Shown here one piece after another: positions 13,846 to 25,969 of a DNA stretch of 64,000 bases (positions are counted from its first letter, which is position 1; every line of letters begins with the position of its first letter). A program made the position numbers and the translations under genes. The DNA lies in assembly GCA_043228905.1 (NCBI GenBank), contig JBHGNT010000007.1, positions 6,882,001 to 6,946,000 of the forward strand. Direction: 5' to 3'. Under the pieces are notes generated by a model, which was not told where the DNA came from, did not search any database, and worked only from the letters and a program-made list of their open reading frames with translations. The stretch comes from Azolla caroliniana (lineage: Eukaryota; Plantae; Polypodiophyta).

Positions 13846-16800
13846 ATTATCTTTCTCTCTCCTATTCTCAAGTCTCGACAGTTTGAACTGAATATCTCTC
13901 TTTTCTTCTTCTCCAACTTCTTCTTCTTATCTTAACCTTATTCAAGCAAATCTAGCAATTTTCTCTCGTAACTATGGAGTCCGTCAGCAAGCAAGAATAT
14001 ATGCGTGTTCTCTCCGAGCTCAACATGCTAATAACCATATTCGTGGCACTAGAGCATGAAAATCAAAGATTGTTGGGAGACCTACAACAAGTAAGTGCTG
14101 AGAAAGTACAACAATATGAAGAATTATCTCAACGGGTGCATCAATTGGAGACTACTCTATTGCAACGACAAGCGACGAAAGTTCAAACCTCGCCAAAGGA
14201 ACCCAAGATTAGTCTGCCAGCCAAGTTTGATGGTACAAGGTCTCAATTTCATGGATTTTTAAATTAGGTATGGCTTGTGATTAAATTGCATCCTAGTCGT
14301 TACCCAACTGATGTTGCTTGTGTGGGACTAGTTGGTACCTTGTTAACGGGTACCACATTAGCGTGGTTTGCACCACTCCTAGAGAAACACTCACCATTAT
14401 TAGAAGATTTTGAAGGGTTTATTAATGAGTTCCAAGCCAACTTTGGAGACACTGATAGTATGAGGACCACAATAAACAAAATTCGGCGATCACGACAAGG
14501 AGATCGTCCTGCTTCCACTTATGTTGCAGATTTTCGCCTTCTAGCATGTGATATTCCATGGGACGAGGTGACGTTAATGGACCAATTTCATCAAGGTATG
14601 TGCAATGATATGAAGGATTTACTTCTTACCATCCATGATGATCCAAAATCTCTTACTGAAGCAGTAAGCCGGGTTGTGCGATGTGACAATCGCTTATTTG
14701 AGCGGCGTTCTGAGTGCCAACAAATTTTACGCTTGCGACCAACAGAAACATATGCTTCGGTGGTCACAAATCCACCCCACATATCAAAGTCAAGTGTGGT
14801 GGAAGGCCCTACTCCAATGGAAATCGAGACAACATGACATCGAGGACCATTATTGGATGTTGAAAAGCATCGACGGTGAGCGAATCGTCTATGCCTCTAT
14901 TGTGGTGGTCCAGGGCATATTACTGTGAATTGTCTACATAAACCACGATGACAAGTTAACCAAGTAAGTGCTCATGACAATCCCATCTCAATTTCTGCCC
15001 CACCTTCTCGTAACCCAAGTAGGCCTAGTAGTCTTTGTCATAAAAATACATTTGATGTCTTGAGCCAATTAGATGATGTGTTAAACGAGTAAGTTCGGCC
15101 AAAATTAGAGCCATTTGGTTGGATAGCCCTAGGCATGTAACGTCTGTCCCTAGTTGTGGTTCCATTTCATCCGGTCAAGTTAGTCGAGTTTTCTCTGCAC
15201 AAGTTGAGCTTAACACATCTAGGTTTCATCGAGTCCCAGCTTCTGCCCTCTTAGACTTTGGAGCCAACTCTTGTTTCATGGATCGTGAGTTTGCTGTAAT
15301 GCATAATATTCAGTTGCATAAGCTCCCAAGCCCAGTGTTTGTCGGAGTCATTGATGGACGCCCCATAGCATCAGGTGATATAGTTGAAGAGTCTGAACCA
15401 ATTCGTGTAGTCCTAGGCAATTTGGCTAGTGTCATCTCATTCAACATCATTAGTAGTCCAGAGCACTCCCTAGTTCTTGGTCTTCCATGGTTTAAGCTAC
15501 ATAACCCAACTATTGATTGGAGAAAAAGTACCATTGAAGAGGTCACAATACAATTTGAGTCTCTTAAAACTCAAACAAAGGATATGATGTTCCAAATATT
15601 TCGACAATCTCTATACATCAGTTATGTGAGGAAGGACGGAAGGAAGACATGTTGGTGTTCGCAGTTTTAGCAACTCCCACATCGAGCTCACAAGAATCGG
15701 GGATCCAACTACCGAAGAAATATATAGAATTCTCCGATGTGTTTGATAAGGTGAAGGCCAATAGACTACTAGAGCATCGACCATATGATTGCCCGATTGA
15801 TTTGTAGCCCAAAAAAGAGCCTCCATTGGGGCCAATTTATAACATTTTGCCCACAGAGCTAGAGGTTCTTCGGGAATATATCGATGAGAACTTGGCGAAT
15901 GGATAAATATCCAACATTCAAGATCTCCTGCCGGCACACCCATAGTTTTCATTTAGGGTTTAGGGTTTAGGGTTTAGGGTCTCTTCACATGGCATCTCTA
16001 TGGATCTAACAAAGGTTCAAACAGTTTTGGATTGGCAGACACCACAGTCTGTGCGAGATGTATAATGTTTTTTGGGGTTTGCAAACTTTTATCGCAAGTT
16101 CATCAAAGATTATTCAAAGATCGTATCGCCCCTCACACAACTAACACAAAAGAATCGACCATTTGTGTGGAGTATAAATGCAAACTCTACATTTGAAGGA
16201 TTAAAGCAAGCATTTACATCCGCACCAATTTTGATGCATGTTGATCCATTGAAGCGCTTTATACTCGAAGTTGATGCATCCAACTTCGCACTAGGAAGCG
16301 TATTATCCTAGATTAGCAATGATGGCCAATTGCACCCTGTGGCTTTTCATTCATGGAAATTCGAAGTTGCAGAAATAAACTTTGAGATTCATGACACAGA
16401 GCTTGTTGCCATTGTGGATTCTTTTCAACAATGGCGTCATTTTTTGGAGGGTTCATCTCAACAAATCATTGTCTATAATGATCACAAAATCTAACGTACT
16501 TCCAAAGTGCTCGAGTCTTGAGTCGTCGACAAGCTCGTTGGGCGCAATTCTTAACTTGTTTTGATTTTGTAATTCTACATCGCCCTAGGACGCAACAAGG
16601 AAAAACAAATGCTTTATCTCAGCGTTCGTATATGGAACTTCAATCAAGAGAGGCCGCATTTGAAAGTCAGAAGCAAATCCTCTTGGGTCCTGACCGTCTA
16701 CGACTAATGGCATTTCATGTTATAGACACACCCAGGGATTCAAGTCTTCTGGACTCCATTCATGAGCATATTGAGACTGATGAATTCGCCCAAGACATTC

Positions 16801-18673
16801 TGAACCATATTATCCTAGATCGTGCTTCTTGTTCACAATCTCAAAATCCTCGTCAAGACTACAACCAGTTCAATTGGCATGATGGTCCTTCTCGACTCCA
16901 AGTCTTGCAACAATGTCATGACACACCAATGGTTGGACATTTTGGCATCCACAAGACTTTGGCGTTAATTTCTCGAAGGTAGTGGTGGCCACGACTTCAC
17001 CATTTTGTTACGGATTATGTTCGTGGTTGTGATACATGTTGCCGATCCAAAAAACCTCGACATCATCCATATGGCTTATTACAACCAATGCATATTCCTG
17101 AGAGTCCATAGAAATCTATTTCATTGGACTTCATTATGGATCTACCACCTTCCAAGGGTTTTGATTCTATTCTCATGGTAGTAGATCGTTTTACCAAGAT
17201 GGCACATTTTCTTCCTTGCGCAAAGGCCATTATGAGCCAAGAGACAACCGAGTTACTCATGCGAGAGGTGTTTCGGCATCATGGTCTTCCTGATGATATT
17301 ATCAGTGATCGGGGTCCCCAGTTCATCTCAACATTTTGGCGGCACATGTTCAAACTCTTACATACGTCTTGCAAACTCTCTTTCGGCTACCATCCAGAAA
17401 CTAACGGATAGAGTGAGCGCACCAACCAAACAATAGAACAATATCTTCTTTGTTTTGTCAACTATCAACAAGATGATTGGGTTGATCTATTACATTTGGC
17501 GGAATTTGCCTACAACAACTCAGAACATTCTTCTACTGGATATTCCCCATTTTTTGCAAACATTGGCTACCATCCTCGTTGGACTATGCTTGAACATCCT
17601 GAACTCCCGACAAACCCAGCTACTGAAGATCGGCTCCCCCGACTCCAAGAAGTTCAAGATATCCTTTTGCACCATTTATGTGATGCTCAAAACACTCAAA
17701 AGAAGGTTGTCAACCATCATCGACGTGATTCATCGACTACATTTCAAGTGGGAGATCGAGTATGGCTTTTACAAGGTCGCATTAAAACAACCCGACCTTG
17801 CTGCAAATTGGATTATCAACGTTTTGGCCCATATGTGATATTTGGTAAGATCAATGATGTGGCATTTTGCCTTGATCTTCCCCTTCATATGCATCTTCAC
17901 CCGGTCTTCCATGTTTCACTTTTGGAGCCGTACACAACCAACTCTATTCCAAGCCGTCTTACATCTCCCCCACCTCTAATCGAAGTTTCGGATGGTTCCG
18001 AATATGAAGTTGCTGCCATTCTCAACTTCCAAGATCGTTCGCAACAAATTGTATTATTTGGTCGACTAGTTAGGTTATACACCTAATGATTGAACATGGG
18101 AACCTCTCGAGAATCTTGCTAATGCCTCCGAAATGGTTGTTGCGTTTCACAACAAATATCCCCATAAGCCAAGTCCAAAATCTTGTCTTCCGACTCATGG
18201 AACTCGTCATCGAAAAGGGGGGATAATGTCATGAAAACATACATTTTGGCCTTACAAGGATTTGAGCCCAAGATGTTTTGGTCTATATGTTAGACCTTTA
18301 ACCATTATAATAACATATGATGTATAGTTATAATAAATGCATTATTAGTTATTACAAGATATTTAGAGTATTCTAGAACATTCTAGGATATTACATGATT
18401 ATATTAAATATCATAAATATCTAAAATATCTAAAATATTCTAGAACATTCTAGAATACTCCATAAGAACTATAAATAGGTATTTATTCATTCATCACAAC
18501 TCATTCGGTTCAACACCAGTTTGTAGCGCCTTAGCCTACTCTTTGTAATCCTTGCTCTCTTATAATATAAACTCTCTTTCCATTTCTAATGTTCTCTCTC
18601 TGTCTCTGTCTCCCTCTCTCTATACCTTCTATCGTCATCTTATCTTTCTCTCTCCTATTCTCAAGTCTTGACA
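13846..18673 (+). mobile_element. Decayed Ty3/Gypsy chromovirus (Tcn1/Tf1-sushi-like); 5' LTR mostly lost, 3' LTR 18227-18673; RT core deleted
   Basis: gag PKEPKISLPAKFDG, knuckle CLYCGGPGH, protease LLDFGANSCFMD, RH DASNFALG, INT MDFIMDLP/SDRGPQF/GPY, chromodomain EYEVAAIL..YYLV..TWEP (~17995-18170); PPT aaaaggggggataa at 18213-18226. Segment 13846-13880 matches the LTR end 18639-18673. Confidence 0.92.
15952..15979 (+). repeat. Interstitial telomeric repeat (TTTAGGG)4
   Basis: Four perfect plant telomere units at the RT deletion junction. Confidence 0.95.
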
Positions 18674-20485
18674 CTGTTAGCGCTCAGGAATACCAATATG
18701 TTTTCTCAGAGATCCAGTGCTTAAAAGAGAAGTTTGTAGCATTAGAACAAGAAAATCACTGTTTGTTGGGGGATCTTCAACAAATAGCGCTAGAAAAATA
18801 ACAACAACACGGGGAGCTAACGTTATGTGTACAACAACTTGAAGCAACTATTATATCACTACAAGAACAAGGATCAAGCACTCAAGGGATTCACAAAGAA
18901 CCCAAGATCGGTCTTCCTACCAAATTTGATGGAACCTGATCACAATTTATAAGTTTTCTTAATAAGGTACGTTTAATGATTCAAATGCATCCTTCTTGAT
19001 ATCCCACCGATGCATCACGAGTGGGACTAGTAGGCATTCTACTTAGTGGCACGGCTTTGGCATGTTCCTTGTTAAATAATTTTGAAGAGTTTATTGCCAA
19101 GTTTAAAGCTCTCCCTTGTTAAATAATTTTGAAGAGTTTATTACCGAGTTTAAAGCCTGTTTTGGAGATACCGACAATGTTAGGACGACAATCAACAAAA
19201 TCTAGAGATTGTGCCAAGGTGAGCAGCCGACCTCGGCTTATGCTACGGATTTTCATCTTCTCGCCACTGATATTCCCTGGGATGATTAGGCATTAATGGA
19301 GCAATTTTTTAGCCTACGTAATGATGTTAAGGATCTACTCTTAACCTTCCCCCAAGAGCCAAAGTCATTGACAGAAGCAATCAGTTGTGCGGTGCGATGC
19401 GATAACCGCCTTTTCAAATGACATTTGGAACGTCAGTTCCAGATGCCAAGGACAAGATTAGAGCCCACCTATGCCTCAATGGTAGCAAAACCTTTTTCAA
19501 GGGAGTCATATAATGCATCTCCAGCAAATACTCCAACTCCGATGGAAATCGACACCACACGTCGTCGCGGGCCATTATTGTAAGAGGAAAAACAGCGACG
19601 CCGAACAAATCAACTATGTCTTTATTGTGGTGGACCAGGGCCTATTGTAGTGAACTGTCCCCATAGGCCAATAAGACAAGTGAACCAAATAGTTGCTAGT
19701 ACCAATTGTTCTAAACCAAAGTCTATTTCAGTAGGAATATCTGATAGTCCTAATAGTACTAATAGCCCAAATCTATCGAACAAATTTGATGTCCTTAGTC
19801 AGTTAGAAGAAGAGTTAAATGACTAAGTCCAGCCAAAATAGGAACCGTTTGGTTGGACAACCCTAGATCTGTGCAGCCCATTAGTGGTTCCATTCCCTCA
19901 AAGCAAGTTAGCAATGTGTTCTTAGCCCAAGTAACAATTAGTACTAAAGTTCCTCTCTAGTACATGTTTCAGCACTCCTAGCTTCCAGAGCTAATTCTTG
20001 ATTCATGGATAGGGATTTTGCCCAAGCTCATTAGATATCCCTAAGAAAACTCTTGTGTCCAGCCTCTGTAGTAGTCATTGATGGTCGTCCCATTGCTTCA
20101 GGAAATATCATAGAAGAGTGAAAGCCCATTAATATTGTCCTAGATAATTTAGCGAGTGTAATATCCTTTACTATAATTAGTATCCCAAAACATCCCATTG
20201 TTTTGGGATTACCATGGTTCGAATTACATAACCTAGACATAGATTGGAGAACAAGGGAAATCCGGTATCGACAAACCCAAGGATCTACTCATAAGATTGC
20301 AACCATTTCGCTACATGAGTTACGTGAGGAAGGACGCAAGGAAGAAATGTTTCTCTTCGCAGTATCAGTAAAACCCTCCAACACCACTAAAGAGGAGTCC
20401 ACTGTTCAACTTCAAGAGAAGTATCGTCATTATACCGATGTGTTCGATAAAGTACAAGCCAATACGCTTCCTCACCATAGACCGT
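18674..20485 (+). mobile_element. Second, diverged Tcn1-like gag-protease copy directly after the 3' LTR, interrupted at 20486
   Basis: VSAQEY..ALEQEN..LLGDLQQ, KEPKIGLPTKFDG, CLYCGGPG, LGLPWFELHN.DIDW, DVFDKVQANTLP. Confidence 0.85.
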
Positions 20486-22995
20486 TGTCGTGAAGAAAAT
20501 TGCCCCTAGGAGGAATTAAGGGAAGGAGGCGTGACCCAATCCTTTTCGCGCGCGTGTGTGTTTATGGATTGTACATAGCTAGGAATAGATCGGCTGATGT
20601 ACATATGTACTAGGAAGGGTGTTAATTGTCTAGGGAATCGATGCATATCTCTGTCCGAAAGGATAGAGAATAAAGTTGATCTGTTTTGATGTAACGACCT
20701 CCTCGGCGACCTATAAAAGGGAGTGGAGAAGAAGAAGAAAGGATCGCGTTTTGGCGAGGACGAAGTGTTGTCAGATTGGGGACCGAGCTCTCTCGTCCTC
20801 AACCGTTGCTCTCCACTACGTTTCGATGTCGGTTGCCTCTGCTGCGTGTAAGCCCGTGTGCTTCCAGTAGAGGCTCCACTGTGCATTCTTTGTGTCGTTC
20901 GTGTGTGTGTGTGGGACCTCCGTTTTGGGTCTGTTGCCGGTTTGCCGGTTGTAATCGTTGTTGACATTGTAATTGAATCTTCTGTTCCCGTCTCTCTCCT
21001 TGTGTTTCTGCGAGTCTCTCTCCTCCTTCTTTCCCATGTTCCTTGGTTTAGGACCCCTGTGGTCCCGCCTCATTTCACACGTGAGAGCGTAACAACACGA
21101 AATTATTTGGTGAACCCGACGTGAAAGAAGGCGGCAAAGGAGTTGAAGATGAGGGGATCCGAGCTTGCTGAAGCTATGGCAGTAGCTGTCGACCGACTAA
21201 TGAGCGCTCGTGAGGGAACGGGTGCCCTTGATAGGGCCATAGAATCGATTGTCGGCACCATAGGCCGATTCGGCGGGAAGAATGCCACGAGCTATTTGGA
21301 GGCCTATCGGGCCGAAATGATCATGAGGGATATCCCGGAGGACAAGTGGTTGTTTGGATTCCCTCGAGTGGTGACGCTGAGCATCCACGCGGAGGTGCTC
21401 GAGGTGCTGACTGGATGCCAGGCTTGGGTGGAGCTCCAGGGGTGGCTCCTCGAGAAGTATGGGTACGACGATTCGCTTCGATTGTCGAAGCAAGACTTCA
21501 TGGCTTCGGTTGAGAACCCTTGGAAGGGGAGGAACACGTCGGTGCTCCTCCAGGAATTTGAACAACGGTTCGCTCGATTGTCGGCGCTGGATTTGACCGT
21601 GCTCGACACGAGCAAGGTCTTATTGTTCGTGAAGTCGGTGCACGCGTTGGATTGGGAGAAGGTGGGTCTCCTATTGGAGACGGATGAAGGCCTCACGGCC
21701 AACTGGGCCATGGTCAAAGGGGCATGCGCCCGCTTTGACAAGCGGTGTGAGTGGAGCGATGAGGGCTCGACGGCGTCGGGGCTGGTCCCGGCGAGGAAGC
21801 TCAAGGAGTTGGTATCCGTGCCGGATGGGAAGGAAGAGACTCAGAATAGGCTCGAGACGGGCCTAGCCTCGAGCAGAGTGGTCAAAGGCTCTTCAGGAGG
21901 AGCGGTTCTGGAAGAATTGACGCAAATGGTGCGCGACCTCCAGATTGCATAAGCACAGAGGGACAACGACGATCAACCCAGTGACCGGAGGCCGCTGACG
22001 GGGCAGCGATGCATGTGATGTGACGATGTCGGTCAAATCCGGAAAGAATGCTCGGATTTCGCAGAGGTGCTCAGGGCCAACGTGGTGTACCTCTAGAATG
22101 GGCGGGTGCATGTCGGCGACACGCGGAAAGCCCTAGAGTTGAATACCGGGCACAGGGGGATGAAGCGCTTGATGGAAGAAGTTGTGACGCGACATGCAGA
22201 GGCCGTCCACTACTCCGCGTCGGCGGGTATCCAGGTCGGGGGCGATGAGGCCCGGAAGGCGAAAGACTCCGGATTCAGGCCGCTAGTGCTGGAAGGCCTC
22301 TCCGGGTTACGGTTAAAGAAGGAGGAGGCAGACCGCGTGGTGTCGCGTAATTACGTGCGTGCGTATAGAACGAGGCGGGACCACGGGGGACTTGGACCGA
22401 GGATTAATTAATTAGGAGTAGGAGCAAGAAAGACAACGGTCGTGCTTCCACACACACACACAGATACACACAAACCGCAACTGAACGAAAACAACGAAAA
22501 CAAGGCGAATGCGTATATGTATATATATATTCTGATGAAAAAGGGGTTACAACCGGCAGGCCGTTGGGCGACAAATCTCCTATGCCTACGCACACAGAAG
22601 AGCAAGATGGAGACTTTGCCAGAAGCACTCGGGCGTTCCGCGGAGCAGAATCAGCCTCCCAAAAACTTGCACAGAGCAAATATAGAGAAGGACAAAGGAG
22701 AAGAGCTCGGTCCAGGTCCGACCACACTTCATCCTTGACAAAAACGATCCTTTTTTCGATTCCTCTCCCTCTCTTTCATAGCCCAAGGAGGGAGGCCGTT
22801 ACAACTTGTTACATCATCTTTATTCTCTGTCCTTTCGGACAGAGATATGCCTCGATTTCCTACCTATCAAATCCGTGCGACCTAGGATATTCACATTAGC
22901 CGACTTGTACCTAAATATGTACATTACAACAAAACTTGTGCTCGCGTGTAAGGGCCGGTTCGTGCACATCCTTCTTCGATTCCGCCTAGGGATGG

Positions 22996-24340
22996 TGCCG
23001 TGAAGAAAACCGGCCATAGGCGGAATCGGAGAAGAAGGCGCATGAACCGGCTCTTATATGGGTGGACGCGAGAATTAATATTTTGTACATAATTCATAAA
23101 TAGGTCGACTGATGTAAATACTAAGTAGTACGCATTTATTAGGGAATTTTTGCGTATCGCTGTCGAAAGGGACAAGGAATGAAGCGATTTGACTAGGGAA
23201 GAAGGGTCTCCCCTTTTGGGGGCGAACTATTTAAGGAGGGAGAAAAAGAAGGGGGAAGGGGGGATCGCGCGTTGGCGAGGGGGAAGTGCTACTGTAGAAC
23301 GGAGTGCCGAGCTCTCTCTTCTCCTCGGACCGTCATTCTCTGTGGGTGTTGGGAGTTCGACACCTCTGCTTCGTGGGTAGCCCGTGCGCTGCCAGCAGAG
23401 GCTCTCCCTTCTACGTTTCCTGGGTCTAGTGTGTTCCGTCTGTGTGCGTGAGTAGGGTCCCCGTTGTCATGAAGAATTTCGGCCAGAGGTGGAAACCGGG
23501 AAACATTGTCTACATCGGCGGGGTGCAGCGTGTGTACGCACCCATGTACAATTGGTGTGAATATCGAGGGCGCCTTTATGGCGCCAAAGAGTAGTCAAGT
23601 CGGGACAGACGATCCCATGGAAGTCGGGATTAGTCCCACATTGTAACGCATCCCCATCCTTGTTCTATAAAAGGGAGGGAACGCCCTTTGTAAAAGGGTT
23701 GCCCATTTTGGATTAGAGGGTATACCGGTAGGGTTAGGGTTAGGGTTCTTCTGCTTCTTCTTCTTCCCCTTCGTGTTCGTTTATGGTAGGCTGCAGCTTA
23801 TCTCCTGTGCAAGACCCCGCTCGGCGCGACGAGCCCGAGAGCTCCCCGACGGTGGCTTGACAGCGGACGACTGTTGTAAACTATCTTGGTCCGGCTCGAA
23901 GCCGGCAGTGTATTCTTCTTATATATATATATACATATATGTTTGCGTCTGTCTGTGTATATCGGCGTCTTGTTGGTGTCGGGTGCTCCCCTCTTTCCCT
24001 GCGTTTCCTGTACAAGTGTGTGTGCGTGTGTGCGTGCGTGAGTCGGTGTTAAGCTCTCTCTCCCTCTCTCTCTCCCTTCGGTTGCTTCCGGTGTGTTTCT
24101 GAGATGCCCCAGAAGCAGTGAAGCACGATGTCTTACGCTCCATCCCTCTCTAGTCCAAGACCCTTGTGGTCCCGCCTTTCTCCACGCACGTGCGTAACAA
24201 CGCGACACCGTGTTGGGTCCATCGCCGGCTTGCCGGTTGTAACCGCTAGAGTTTGTAATCTCTTGATATTGTAATCGACTGTTATTGTAATTAAGTGTTC
24301 CGTTATTTCCCTCTCCTTCTCGCTTCTGCGTATCTTCAAA

Positions 24341-24376
<36 letters not shown>

Positions 24377-24441
24377 GCTCCTCGGTTCAAGGCCCCCGTG
24401 GTCCCGCCTCTTTCTACACGCACGCATGTAACAACGCGACA
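22996..24441 (+). mobile_element. Solo LTR C of the Trp-Gypsy family inside B's 3' LTR
   Basis: tgccgtgaagaa...gtaacaacgcgaca; flanks ATGG/ACGG. Confidence 0.82.
23465..24207 (+). mobile_element. Solo LTR D inside solo LTR C
   Basis: tgtcatgaagaa...cgtaacaacgcgaca; perfect 4-bp TSD CCGT; similar to the reverse complement of 38880-39645. Confidence 0.88.
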
Positions 24442-25969
24442 ACGGTTTTCTCCATGACATCCGCCCCCACCTAACCGCGCATCCACCGGTATGCGCCAAA
24501 ATAAACTCTTGCCGGAGAAGACCGGCCCGCGCTTACCCTTCGTCCTCCGGATCGCCATTTGCTCCGAATCGGTCGTCCTCGCTATCCAAGTCGTCCGGGT
24601 CCGGTTCATCCTCGTGCCGCTTTTTGAACGCTTTGATCCTTTTCCTGGCCACCGGTACTGCCATCCTCGTCCCATCAAGCTCCGCAAGATGGTAGGTCCC
24701 GTTGTCGCTGGCGCTTGTCACCACGTAAGACCCGAACCGCCTCCTTGTGAACTTCCGCATTGCCTTATGCTGGTCGTCAAGGCTGCTGTCATATACCAGA
24801 ACCCAGTCGCCTTCCTCGATTTTCTTCGGCCTTAGTCGATGAGTCCGGTCGAATCGTTCCTTGTTCTTTACCCTCGCGGCTGACAACTTTTACGCGGCTC
24901 GTTCCACATCCTCCGGTTTTCGCTCGAGCTGTCGGATCCACGCTGCTAACAACTCCTCCCGGCTCATCTCGTCTCTCCAATCCACCGTGGCCCATGAGGA
25001 GATCATTTGCTCCATTGGCATGACCGGCTTCTACCCGTACATTAGCTCTACTGGCATGAACCCGGTTACCGAAGTGTGCGTAGTTCGGTCAGCCCACAAC
25101 GCATAGGGTAAGAGCCGCGGCTAGTTTCCAACTTGGCCTCTACATGCCCGCACTAACGCTTTGACGATCGGCCCATGTCCGTGTTCCACCTTCCCGTAGG
25201 AAGAATCGGTATGCTTTCTTCCGAATCCAGTTGGTCTCTTCCTTCATCCACGCCACGTCCGGTGTCATTGTCTTCAGGAACCCGCCGATCTGGAGCCACT
25301 CCCCGTCGTACTTGCTCTCATCGAACTCGTTAAGTGCCAGAGTGCTCCCCTTCCTTGTTGTTACGTAAGCCGTCTTGAAGAAGTCCACGCTGACTTCTTC
25401 GTCCTCCGAAACCATGCCGTCCTAATCATCAAATCTTGCCCTCGAAAGCATGTCGGCCATGGCGTTGTCTTTTCCGGAAATGTGTCGTATTTTCGGATTC
25501 AGGGATTTGATGTATGCTATCCACCTGAGCATTGCCAGGTCCGGCATCGCGCATCCGGAAACCATACTGTGAATCTGCAGGCAGTCCGTCTCAATTATCA
25601 CCTCCGTCCCGATCAGATAGTCTTTGTCGGCCTTGACCACTGAAACGATACCCAGAGTTCGCGTTTAACCTAGGCGTACCCTTGCTGTCGTTCACTGAGG
25701 ACTTTCGTGTTGAACCGTATGGGGAACCTTGTGCCATTCTCATCCTCTTGGTTGATCACCCATCCGATTCTGGTCGGACTCGTGTCTATGGTCACGTAAA
25801 TCAGAATGTCTTTACTGTAGACCGCTTTCTGGAGTGTCGGCACTGCAACAAGTGCTTCTTTCATTTTCCGAACCGACTCGGTATGCTCCTCTCTCCATTC
25901 AAAATTACGCCCTTTCTTCAGCAATCCATAGAGCGTCTCCGCGACGTGGGCATAATGCGGGATCCAGAT

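Noticed and set aside
23728-23747. TTAGGG repeats as telomere scar
   Set aside because: Similar aaccct(aa) motifs occur at the same place in sister LTRs (33480-33550, ~39330-39380), so they are an LTR feature.
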